Source: Thermoanaerobaculia bacterium (lineage in GTDB: Bacteria; Acidobacteriota; Thermoanaerobaculia; UBA5066). From it: a DNA stretch of 64,000 bases. Positions 50,672 to 59,351 of the stretch are shown here, piece by piece; position 1 is the first letter of the stretch; each line of letters starts with the position of its first letter. A program made the position numbers and the translations under genes. The notes under the pieces were generated by a model that made no database searches, was not told the DNA's origin, and saw only the letters and a program-made list of their open reading frames with translations. Where the stretch lies: the NCBI GenBank assembly GCA_963816185.1, contig CAWFJJ010000025.1:224001-288000 (forward strand), in the 5' to 3' direction.

Positions 50672-52695
50672 TTGGCACCTCGCGCCGCGCTTGCGGACTT
50701 CGCGGCGGGCGCGGCGGACGGCTGCGTCTCGAGGTAGGCGGTCAGACGAAGCGCGTCCGTGTCGGTCAGGCCGTAGTCGGGACAGCGGACGTCCGCCCTC
50801 CAGCGCTGAGGCCCCTTGAGCCACTCAAACGTCCAGCCGGGCTTGAGCCTCTTGCCGGCCTCGGTCAACGGGGGCCCGTAATAGCCTCCCGACGATCCGA
50901 GAATGTGACAGCCCCGGCATCCGAGGCCGACGTAGAGCCGCTGGCCCTCGACGGGGTCGGCGTCCGACGCGGGATGACCGGCGAACGGATCCGCGGGAAT
51001 CGCCGGATCGACGTAGAAGTTCTGCAGGGCGTCGGCGAGCTGCGTCGCGTCCTCTCGCGGCATTTTCAGGACGGGCATCCGCTCCTCGAGGATCGGCCTC
51101 AGCGTGTAAGAGAGCATGAGGTAGTCCACGAGCCAGTCGCGCTTGACCTTGCTCCCCTCGTAGGTGAGCGGGGCCGTCGAGACGTCGGCTCCGCGGTCGC
51201 CGATCTGATGGCAGGAGAGGCAGCGGTAGCTCTGGATGAGGTCGCCGACCGGTCCTCCCGGCAGGAGCGCCGGCTTTTGCGGCGGCGCGTAACGGTAGCG
51301 CTCCGGCACGCTCTGCGCGCCGAGAGCGAGAAGGGCGGTGACGACCGCGCGCGAATCGTCGGCGTTGAAGCCGTACGAAGGCATCTTCAAGCCGTCGGCG
51401 AACGAGCGCGGCGACTCGAGCTTCGCCGCCAGCCACGCCGGGAGCGTGCGGGCGAGGTCCGTGCGGCGGCCGAAATCGAGCGACTGGGCCCTCTTGTCGC
51501 CGATCCCATCCAGCTCCGGCCCGAACTTCTCCGACCCCGATCCCGCCGGGTCGTGACAGGAGAAGCAGCCGTAAAGCCGGAAGAGCTTGCGGCCGTTCTC
51601 GGCGAGGCTCTGGTTCACGCGAAGCGGCTCGAGAATATCCTTCGGGGCGTCGAAGTCGCGGTACTCGTCCTCCAGAAAAGCGACGACGTCGCGCGATTCG
51701 GCCTCGCTGAAGCGATAGCGCGGCATCGGCGTGCGCGGGTTGAAAGCCTGCGGCTCGCGCAGGAACGCGAGCAGCCAGCCGCGCGACGAGGTGGATGCGA
51801 TCTTGGAGAGCTCGGGCGCCGAGCCTCGTCCCTTTCCTTCGACGGTGTGACAGGTGATGCAGCGCGACTCCGAGACGAGCTTCTTGCCGTTGGCGGAGCT
51901 GCCGGGCGGCTCGGCCGCAGCCGCTTCGATCCGGCCCGCGAGCTCCTTCGGGACCTGGGCGGCGAAGAGGAAGTGCGAGAGCTCGTCGATCGCCTGATCG
52001 GTGAGGTGAAAGTTGGGCATCGTGGCGTTCGGGTCGATCGACTTCGGGTCCTTCAGCCAGCGCTTGAGCCATTCACCGCCGGTCTTGAGCGGAAGCGTCG
52101 CGAGCGGCGGGGCCTCCGAGCGGAACGTGTCCTGCCCGCGCACGGCGTGGCAGGCGTAGCAGCCGGCGCGCGCGATCAGGGCGCGCCCGCGCGACAGGAC
52201 TGCCGCTCCCGTCACGCGCTCTTCGAGGTGACAGCGGCCGCAGCCCGCTTCGATGAAGACGGGAGGCGTCATGGGGGGGCCGGCATCCGCCGCGGTCCCG
52301 TGGGCGTCGGCTTGCGTCGTCGCGAGCCCCTGTCCCCCGTGGCAGGACGTGCAGCCGAAGCGGTCGAAGGCCTCCGGGGTGTGGGGCGTGCCAGGATGCA
52401 GGGTGAAAGGAGGCGGCGCGCCGGCCATGAGGGGATCGGCGACCCCCAGATGGCACGTCTCGCACCGGTCGACGCGATTGTCGAAATCGCGCAGCCAGAT
52501 CTGCTGGATCGCCACCGGCCGCACCTGATAGCTCTGCGCCGCCTTCAGGCTGTGCGCCCGCGAGGAGCCGAGCTTGCGGTATTGGCGCTGAAGCGAGCGG
52601 TAGGAGCGGAGCGCGTTCTTGGCGGGAGAGATTGCGAGGACGAGCAGAAAGAGGACGCTCGAAACGGCGAAGAGGCGGCGGAGCGGCACGGCCAC
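50668..52695 (-). CDS. Octaheme cytochrome c subunit
   Basis: N-terminal TM helix; CETCH, CTSCH, CGRCH, CYACH, CITCH, CFSCH, CLSCH, CRGCH. Confidence 0.92.
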   Translation of the reverse strand: MAVPLRRLFAVSSVLFLLVLAISPAKNALRSYRSLQRQYRKLGSSRAHSLKAAQSYQVRPVAIQQIWLRDFDNRVDRCETCHLGVADPLMAGAPPPFTLHPGTPHTPEAFDRFGCTSCHGGQGLATTQADAHGTAADAGPPMTPPVFIEAGCGRCHLEERVTGAAVLSRGRALIARAGCYACHAVRGQDTFRSEAPPLATLPLKTGGEWLKRWLKDPKSIDPNATMPNFHLTDQAIDELSHFLFAAQVPKELAGRIEAAAAEPPGSSANGKKLVSESRCITCHTVEGKGRGSAPELSKIASTSSRGWLLAFLREPQAFNPRTPMPRYRFSEAESRDVVAFLEDEYRDFDAPKDILEPLRVNQSLAENGRKLFRLYGCFSCHDPAGSGSEKFGPELDGIGDKRAQSLDFGRRTDLARTLPAWLAAKLESPRSFADGLKMPSYGFNADDSRAVVTALLALGAQSVPERYRYAPPQKPALLPGGPVGDLIQSYRCLSCHQIGDRGADVSTAPLTYEGSKVKRDWLVDYLMLSYTLRPILEERMPVLKMPREDATQLADALQNFYVDPAIPADPFAGHPASDADPVEGQRLYVGLGCRGCHILGSSGGYYGPPLTEAGKRLKPGWTFEWLKGPQRWRADVRCPDYGLTDTDALRLTAYLETQPSAAPAAKSASAARGAK

Positions 52696-52699
52696 GCCC

Positions 52700-53404
52700 T
52701 CAGATCGTCCCGGACCACGGCCAGACCAACGTCCAGCCGGGGCCGCGGAAGAAGGTGCCGATGACGGTGAGAAGGGTCGCGATGACGACGAACCAGGTCA
52801 TGATCCACTCGGGAAGGGTCACGCGCGCGATTGCGCGCCGCAGGCGACCGCCCGTTGCGCCCCCACGTGCCGCGAACATCGCCCCCGCCGTCAGCAGTGT
52901 CGGAACGGCGATCGGCCAACAGCCGAAGGCGCCGAAGAGGATGAAGAGGGCGGCCGTGACCGCGGCGAGGGCGAGAGCGGTGCTTCTTCCTCCTCGCGAC
53001 CAGAGCGGCCCGGCCGTGAGGTTGATCCGCGCGTAGGGAATCACGGCGAGCGAGAGGACGACGAGCGCCGGCAGGAGGACGCCGGCGACGATCGGCGGAA
53101 AGTAGTGAAGGAGCTCCTGCAGTCCGAGGAAGTACCACGGGGCCTTCGCGGGATTTGGCGTCTCGATCGGGTTGGCGATTCCCTCGAGAGGCGCGTCGAA
53201 GAAGATCGCGACGAGGGAGAGCGCGATGACGACGACCTGGAACAGGATGACTTCGCGCACGATCAGATGGGGGAACGTCATCACGTACCGCTCGTCGATG
53301 CGGCGCACGGCCGGTCTCGTGTCGGGCCTCACCAGCGCCACCCGACGTGGAACGGCGAGCGGATCGGTCGATTCGACGGCGTGAAGCTCCGGTGTGGCGC
53401 TCAT
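52700..53404 (-). CDS. Cytochrome b C-terminal part (subunit IV-like)
   Basis: [28 protein letters not shown] (PEWY-equivalent), GTFFRGPGW. Confidence 0.88.
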   Translation of the reverse strand: MSATPELHAVESTDPLAVPRRVALVRPDTRPAVRRIDERYVMTFPHLIVREVILFQVVVIALSLVAIFFDAPLEGIANPIETPNPAKAPWYFLGLQELLHYFPPIVAGVLLPALVVLSLAVIPYARINLTAGPLWSRGGRSTALALAAVTAALFILFGAFGCWPIAVPTLLTAGAMFAARGGATGGRLRRAIARVTLPEWIMTWFVVIATLLTVIGTFFRGPGWTLVWPWSGTI

Positions 53405-54168
53405 GGGGCCTCCTCTTGACGCGGGTCGTCCGCGTTCCCGGGCGGCCCCTGGACGCCGCCGTCCTTGCGGACGCGCCAGATGTGAACGGAAAGGAACAGG
53501 AGAAGCGCCACCGGGAGGACGACGCAATGAAGAACGTAGAAGCGAAGGAGCGCGTTCTCGGAGACGACGTTGCCGCCGAGGAGAAGGAAGCGGATCTTCT
53601 CGCCGACGAGGGGAGCCTCCTTCGCCATGTTCGTGCCCACCGAGACTCCCCAGAACGCGAGCTGATCCCAGGGGAGGAGGTAGCCGGTGTAGGAGAGAAA
53701 GAGCGTCACGATGAGGAGGACGACTCCGATGACCCAGTTGAACTGGCGAGGCGGACGGTACGCGCGGTGGTAGAAGACCCGGAGCATGTGGAGAAACGCC
53801 GCGAAGACCATGAGGTGCGCCGCCCAGCGGTGCAGGTTGCGCAGGAACAGGCCGTTGTCCACGACGTAGTTGAGCTCCTTCATGTCGCGGTAGGCCTGCG
53901 GGACCGACGGGTGGTAATAGAACATCAGCAGGATTCCGGTCGCGATCAGGACGAGAGAGCTCACGAGCGTGACGCCGCCGAGCCAGTACGTGTGCGAGAA
54001 CCGGAGCGTCCTCTCGCGCACCTTGACCGGATGCACGTGCAGGAAGAGATTCTCGAAGATCACGAGCGAGCGGTTCCGGTTCGTATCGGCCGTTCCGTGC
54101 CGCACGATCGACCGGTAGACCGCTGAGGCGCGCAGCCAGTCCGCCATCGAGGTCCGGGCGGCGTTCAT
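53401..54168 (-). CDS. Cytochrome b6-like N-terminal subunit
   Basis: [32 protein letters not shown]...H heme-b ligands. Confidence 0.93.
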   Translation of the reverse strand: MNAARTSMADWLRASAVYRSIVRHGTADTNRNRSLVIFENLFLHVHPVKVRERTLRFSHTYWLGGVTLVSSLVLIATGILLMFYYHPSVPQAYRDMKELNYVVDNGLFLRNLHRWAAHLMVFAAFLHMLRVFYHRAYRPPRQFNWVIGVVLLIVTLFLSYTGYLLPWDQLAFWGVSVGTNMAKEAPLVGEKIRFLLLGGNVVSENALLRFYVLHCVVLPVALLLFLSVHIWRVRKDGGVQGPPGNADDPRQEEAP

Positions 54169-54656
54169 GCCCGGACCAGCTTTCCGTGCGGGATGACGAT
54201 GCTCGTGTCCACGACGAGGTTGCCCGCGGCGTCCGCCGTGACCTCCAGCCACGGCAGCGGCCGGGGCGCAGGGCCGTGGACGACGTTGCCCTCGAGGTCG
54301 AAGCGGCTGCCGTGGCAGGGGCAGGCGATGACCTTCTCGTCGGAGACGTACCGCGTGATGCACCCGAGGTGGGTGCAGACCGCCGAGAGCGCGAACACGC
54401 CGCCAGCGGCGCCGATCACGTACGCGCGCTGCTCGCGGTTGAAGCGCACCGTTCCCTCCGGGTAGTCGACCGCGCTGCCGGCGCGGAAGACCGTGGGAGG
54501 CTCGAAGAGGACCTTCGGCTTGAGGTAATCGAGCGTGACGACGAGCGAGCCCGCGCCCGCGACGGCGCAGGCTCCTGCGCCCACCTGGGTCAGGAAGTCG
54601 CGGCGGGTCGCTCCGGTCGGGCCGGGCCCCGGGCTCCGTTCGGATTCGTCAGACAT
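54165..54656 (-). CDS. Rieske [2Fe-2S] protein
   Basis: Tat motif TRRDFL; CTHLGC and CPCHGSRF; GPAPRPL. Confidence 0.95.
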   Translation of the reverse strand: MSDESERSPGPGPTGATRRDFLTQVGAGACAVAGAGSLVVTLDYLKPKVLFEPPTVFRAGSAVDYPEGTVRFNREQRAYVIGAAGGVFALSAVCTHLGCITRYVSDEKVIACPCHGSRFDLEGNVVHGPAPRPLPWLEVTADAAGNLVVDTSIVIPHGKLVRA

Positions 54657-56478
54657 GGGCGCCCTCCGGTGTCTGGAAGCTCTGCATGGTGATGGTGCCG
54701 ACGGGGCAGCGCGCGGCGCAGAGGCCGCACCGGATGCACGTCTCCTCGTCCTTGATGAAGACGGATCCTCCGCGAGCGCCGTCCGCCAGAATGGGTGCGA
54801 GCTCGCGCGCGGCCTCCGGAAGGCGCGTCACGCGCTCGGCGAGGACGATCTCGATGCAGTCCTCGGGGCAGATGTCCTGGCAGCCGCCGCAGAGAATGCA
54901 CTCGGTCCCGTCCGCCGGGCTCTCCTCGAAGATCGTGTTCGTCCAGCAGTGGAGACATCGTGTCCCCTCGAGCCGGGCCTCGCGCTCCGGAAAGCACTCC
55001 TCGACCTCCGCGATGCCGATGCGGCGCGAGATGGGGCGGGTCGGCGGAGCCTGGCGCGGGATGCCCTCGAAATCGAGGTCCCTTTCGTAACGATCGTGGA
55101 CGTCGATCTCGACCGCCACTTCGGGCGACAGGCGCGGCCTGCCCCGGAAGAACGCGTCGATCGAAAGGGCGCCTCGCTTCCCGTCGGCGATGGCGTTGAT
55201 CGCGATGCGGGGCCCGAACGCGGCGTCCCCGCCCGCGTACACGCCCTTAGCGCTCGTCGCGAGCGTCTCCGGATCGATGGTGATCCGCCCTCCGCGCGTC
55301 TCGATCCCATCCTCCTCGCGAAGGAAGGAGAAGTCCCCGGTCTGTCCGATCGCGACGAGGACGGTGTCGGTCTGAAGAACGCTCTCCGAGCCCTCCACGA
55401 ACCGGGGCGAAAAGCGCCCCGTCTCGTCGAAGACGCGCGAAACGTCGAGAAACTCCACGCCCGTCACCGTGCCGTCCTTCCCGACGAGGCGCTTCGGCCC
55501 GAGCCGGTAGCGGAAGCTGATTCCCTCGCGGCGGGCCTCCTCGACCTCGTCCTTTGCGGCCGGCATCTCGCTCTCGGACTCGAGACAGCAGACGACCACC
55601 TCTCGCGCGCCGAAGCGGACGGCGCTTCGGGCGACGTCGAGGGCCTGGACGACGGAGAGGTTTCGCTCGAGGTTCTCCTCGACGCCGCTCCGCGCCGCGG
55701 TGCGCGCCACGTCGAGCGCCACGTTGCCGCCGCCGATCACGACGACGCGCGCTCCCATCTCGACTTTGTAGCCGAGGTTGACGTTCAGGAGGTAGTCGAT
55801 CCCTTTCAGAACGCCGTCCAGCTCCATCCCGGGGATCGAGAGGCTGCGGCTCTGCATCGCGCCGACCCCGAGGAAGATCGCGGAGAAGCCCTGCGCCCTG
55901 AGGTCGGACAACGTGAAGTCCCGGCCGAGGCGCACGCCCGTCTTCAGCTCCACGCCGAGAGACAGGATCGCGTTGACCTCGAGCTGGATCAGGGCGCGGG
56001 GCAGCCGGTACTCCGGGACTCCGAGCCGCAACATCCCCCCGGCGACCGGCGCCGCCTCGAAGATCGTGACGGGGTAGCCCATGAGCGCGAGGTCGTGCGC
56101 GCACGCGAGTCCGGCCGGACCCGAGCCGATGACTGCAACCCGCTCGGAGTAACGATCGGTGCGGTGCCCGTAGATGGCGGTGAGGACCGAGAAATCCATC
56201 ATGCTCTCGACGCCGAATCGCTCGGTGACGAAGCGCTTCAGGGCCCGGATGGCGATGGGGGCGTCCAGCTCGCCGCGCCGGCACACCGTCTCGCACGGCG
56301 CCGCGCAGATCCGCCCGCAGATCGAGGCGAGCGGGTTCGGCCGGCGCGCCACGGCGTAAGCCTCGCGGTACTTCCCCTGCGAGATGAGCGTGACGTACTT
56401 GCCGGCCTCGGTGTGGACCGGGCACGCCATCTTGCAGGGGAAGTTCCGCTCGAGCCAGTCGTGGCTGACGTCGGCCAT
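54649..56478 (-). CDS. GltD/NfnB/DsrL-family Fe-S flavoprotein with C-terminal 2x[4Fe-4S] ferredoxin domain
   Basis: PCKMACP, CGRICAAPCETVC, GSGPAG, GGGNVA, AGGD, RCLHC, CILCGGCQDICP, CIRCGLCAARCP. Confidence 0.9.
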   Translation of the reverse strand: MADVSHDWLERNFPCKMACPVHTEAGKYVTLISQGKYREAYAVARRPNPLASICGRICAAPCETVCRRGELDAPIAIRALKRFVTERFGVESMMDFSVLTAIYGHRTDRYSERVAVIGSGPAGLACAHDLALMGYPVTIFEAAPVAGGMLRLGVPEYRLPRALIQLEVNAILSLGVELKTGVRLGRDFTLSDLRAQGFSAIFLGVGAMQSRSLSIPGMELDGVLKGIDYLLNVNLGYKVEMGARVVVIGGGNVALDVARTAARSGVEENLERNLSVVQALDVARSAVRFGAREVVVCCLESESEMPAAKDEVEEARREGISFRYRLGPKRLVGKDGTVTGVEFLDVSRVFDETGRFSPRFVEGSESVLQTDTVLVAIGQTGDFSFLREEDGIETRGGRITIDPETLATSAKGVYAGGDAAFGPRIAINAIADGKRGALSIDAFFRGRPRLSPEVAVEIDVHDRYERDLDFEGIPRQAPPTRPISRRIGIAEVEECFPEREARLEGTRCLHCWTNTIFEESPADGTECILCGGCQDICPEDCIEIVLAERVTRLPEAARELAPILADGARGGSVFIKDEETCIRCGLCAARCPVGTITMQSFQTPEGAHV

Positions 56479-56483
56479 GGAAG

Positions 56484-57071
56484 TTACTTGGAGATCTCGA
56501 ATTCGGCCGCCGTGGAGCCCGCCACGGTCACGGCCTTCTGCGCCGCCTTGAGCTTCGGGTGCCACACCTTCACCGTGTAGGAGCCGTCCGGCACGTTGGC
56601 GATGTGGAAGGAGCCGTCGGCCTTCGTCACGGCGAAGTAGGGCGTCGGCACCGCCACCACGAACGCCTCCATCTCGGGATGGACCTTGCACAGGAGCGTG
56701 GCGGCCACGCACTCCTTCTTGAACTGGTAGGACTTGATCTGACCCTTCGGCCAGGTGCCGAGGTTGAACTTGTCGGCGCAGGCGTCCGGCGAGAAGACGT
56801 TGTGCAGGACCGCGTCCGAGTTCAGGAAATCGACGGTCGTCCCGACGAGAACCGGGAGGACGTGCGGGGAGAAGACCAGGTTCAACTGGTTGATCTTCGC
56901 GTGCTCCTTCGGGGCGGGGAAGGTCTTTCCGGGGATGGCCGCCACGTAGACGACGGCGTCGCTGCTGTCGTGCACGCCCTTGCAAGTCACCTTGCCGTGG
57001 AGATCGCCGGCCTTGAGCGGCAGGCTCGCGCCGGCCGCGAGGACGAGGGCGAGAACGAGGGGTCGATTCAT
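56484..57071 (-). CDS. Secreted cupredoxin-like protein with C-terminal beta-sandwich
   Basis: Signal peptide; HNVFS...CKVHPEM type-1-copper-like ligand set. Confidence 0.75.
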   Translation of the reverse strand: MNRPLVLALVLAAGASLPLKAGDLHGKVTCKGVHDSSDAVVYVAAIPGKTFPAPKEHAKINQLNLVFSPHVLPVLVGTTVDFLNSDAVLHNVFSPDACADKFNLGTWPKGQIKSYQFKKECVAATLLCKVHPEMEAFVVAVPTPYFAVTKADGSFHIANVPDGSYTVKVWHPKLKAAQKAVTVAGSTAAEFEISK

Positions 57072-57083
57072 GTCATGCCTCCT

Positions 57084-58487
57084 TCAGAAAGCCGCCCTGA
57101 GGACGGTCGCAAGCTGGTAGTTCTGTGAGTCGTGAAGGTCGCGGTGGTACTCGAGCATCAGCTTGATGTTGGCCCGCGCGAGGAAGCTGAAATTCGCGTT
57201 GAGAGCCTTCTGCGTTTCGACCGAAGGATCGGCGGGCCGGAGATTCTCGTAGCGCAGGGAGACCTGAAACGGCGGCGCGATGACGTAGTCGGCCTGCGCG
57301 AACCAGACGTCGTACGTGTGCGTCGTCCGGGAGATCTCGGCGTCCGTGTCGTTGTCTCGCAGCGAAAGGTCGTCGCTGCCGTGCACGGCGACGCCGATGA
57401 GGTTCAGGTCGCCGAGGTAGAACGAGCCGTAGACGCCGAGGCGGCTGAACCGGCCCTGCTGCATCTTGAACGGATTGCCGTCGGGGTCGGTGATGTCGAA
57501 CTCGACGTCCCCTCCGTTACCCCAGTACCCGAACGCGCCCAGGCGGAACGACGTCTCGCGCCAGTTCTCCGGCGGAAGCTTGACGCCGGTCGAGTCCCCG
57601 TCGAGTCCGAGGCCCCCGAACTTGTAGTCGACGCGCGCGTAGAAGTCCTTGCTGGCGCCGTTGTTGAACTCGCCGTTCGGGCCCCCCGGGCCGATCGGAG
57701 ACGAAAGCCCGACGGTGTAGAAGAGGCGGTGGGCGGCGACCCCGTACATCTCGATCGCCCGCGTCCGCTGGGGAAGGCTGACCCCGCCGCCGTCTTCCGC
57801 GAGACCCGTTCCGCCGTTGAAGCCGATCGGATTGAAGGTGAAGAGCGTGTCGACTCCGTTGTCGGTCATCAGCCACATTTCCTGGAATCCGTCGTACAGG
57901 TTCGGAGCCAGCTTCCCGATGCGGAAATTGAAGAGATGCTCGGGCCCGAACGCGGAGATGAGATCGAGGCGCGCGTGCTCGATCTCGACCGAGCCGCTCC
58001 CGTCGGGGCTCTCCTCGTAGGTCACTTCGCTGAAGAAACTGAAGTGATCCCCGAGCGTTCCCGCACCGAAGAGGTTCGCCTCCTGTGGAAACTGGAAGTC
58101 GTTGTGGATGATCGTCTTTCCGGTGTCGTCGTGGCTCGAGGCGTAGAGGTCCGCCATCTTCACGTTCAGGGCGAACGGAGCGTTGCCCGGCAGGGTGCTG
58201 GGATAGACCATCTCGGGCCACAGCCGCGCATAGGCGTCCGCGCCGAGAGAGACGGGCTTCTGCTTCACCTGCTCCTCCGTCTCGCCCGGAAGGTGGTACC
58301 CGTTCAGGCGAAAGGCCGTGCCGAACGGGTTGAGCTTCGGGAAGATCGTGTGGCAGGTCTGGCAGGACGTTTGGTACTTGCGGGAGAACGCGGGAACCGC
58401 GTCTCCCCGTGTCGAAACCAGGCACGACAGCGCCATTCCCACCGTCAGGAACAGCGTTCCACGGGATCCGCGTGTCGATCGGCTCAT
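57084..58487 (-). CDS. Outer-membrane beta-barrel with N-terminal CxxCH (porin-cytochrome-like)
   Basis: Signal peptide, VPAFSRKYQTSCQTCH, amphipathic strands, terminal Phe (VLRAAF). Confidence 0.8.
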   Translation of the reverse strand: MSRSTRGSRGTLFLTVGMALSCLVSTRGDAVPAFSRKYQTSCQTCHTIFPKLNPFGTAFRLNGYHLPGETEEQVKQKPVSLGADAYARLWPEMVYPSTLPGNAPFALNVKMADLYASSHDDTGKTIIHNDFQFPQEANLFGAGTLGDHFSFFSEVTYEESPDGSGSVEIEHARLDLISAFGPEHLFNFRIGKLAPNLYDGFQEMWLMTDNGVDTLFTFNPIGFNGGTGLAEDGGGVSLPQRTRAIEMYGVAAHRLFYTVGLSSPIGPGGPNGEFNNGASKDFYARVDYKFGGLGLDGDSTGVKLPPENWRETSFRLGAFGYWGNGGDVEFDITDPDGNPFKMQQGRFSRLGVYGSFYLGDLNLIGVAVHGSDDLSLRDNDTDAEISRTTHTYDVWFAQADYVIAPPFQVSLRYENLRPADPSVETQKALNANFSFLARANIKLMLEYHRDLHDSQNYQLATVLRAAF

Positions 58488-58546
58488 GGCATTCTCCTTA
58501 TGGCCGATCAAGTTGCAGCCGGGGGGGGCGGCGTCACCATCCAGCA

Positions 58547-58571
58547 GGCTCACCAATTCATCTGGTGAGCC
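58547..58571. promoter_or_regulatory. Palindromic operator candidate
   Basis: GGCTCACCA-N7-TGGTGAGCC perfect 9-bp inverted repeat 60 bp upstream of the operon start; no U-tract. Confidence 0.55.
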
Positions 58572-58619
58572 GGCATCCAGAGGGCACGCCCGGCGGGCGC
58601 GGTCCCTTTGCGGGGATCG

Positions 58620-59294
58620 TCAGACCAGCTTGAGCCGCTTCTGGAAGGCGAAGGCGACGGCTTCGCTCTTGGAGTGGACTTCGAGCTTGTAGAGGATGTT
58701 CTGAATGTGGTTTCGGGCCGTGAGGTTCGAGATGTGCAGGGCGGTGGCGATCTCGGGCGTCGAGCGGCCGGCCGCCAGCATCCCCAGCACCTCGACCTCG
58801 CGCGCGGAAAGCCTGCGTGCGCGCACGTCCGGCGACTCCCGCGAGGTCGTGTACGGGGACGGCGGGGGGGCCGGAGGCTCGGACTCCAGGAAGGAGGGAA
58901 GCTCGATCCGATCCGTCCGCAGGATGTGCGCGAGGTAGAAGTCGCCCGGCGTGCGGGCGCCGAGATTCAGAATCGTGACGTCCACGGTGACGACATTCCC
59001 GTCGCGGCCCTTGAGGCGGAGGCCGAAGTGGTTCACGGTCTCCCCCCGGGCCGCCATTGAAGTAACCGGGCAAGTCTCCGAGCAGTAGCGGTTTCCGTAG
59101 GCGTCGCAACCCTCGAGACCCGCGGCACAGGGTCTCCCGACGACTTCGGAGGCCGAGAATCCGAGGATCCTCTCGGCGCTTTGGTTCCAGAAGACGATCC
59201 GATTGTGGCGGTCCGTGACGAAGACGGGATCCGGGGACTGCGCCAGCGAGCCGAAGACCGCAGCCATCTCCCCGTGGGCGGCGCCAGGCCACAT
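58620..59294 (-). CDS. PAS-LuxR one-component regulator with Cys-rich PAS
   Basis: FWNQSAERILG PAS; CAAGLEGCDAYGNRYCSETC; LSAREVEVL...HIQNILYKL HTH. Confidence 0.88.
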   Translation of the reverse strand: MWPGAAHGEMAAVFGSLAQSPDPVFVTDRHNRIVFWNQSAERILGFSASEVVGRPCAAGLEGCDAYGNRYCSETCPVTSMAARGETVNHFGLRLKGRDGNVVTVDVTILNLGARTPGDFYLAHILRTDRIELPSFLESEPPAPPPSPYTTSRESPDVRARRLSAREVEVLGMLAAGRSTPEIATALHISNLTARNHIQNILYKLEVHSKSEAVAFAFQKRLKLV

Positions 59295-59351
59295 ATGGAG
59301 GCCGTTATACGCCCCCGCCTCGAACCCGTTAATGCGTTATCGCACGGAAGC

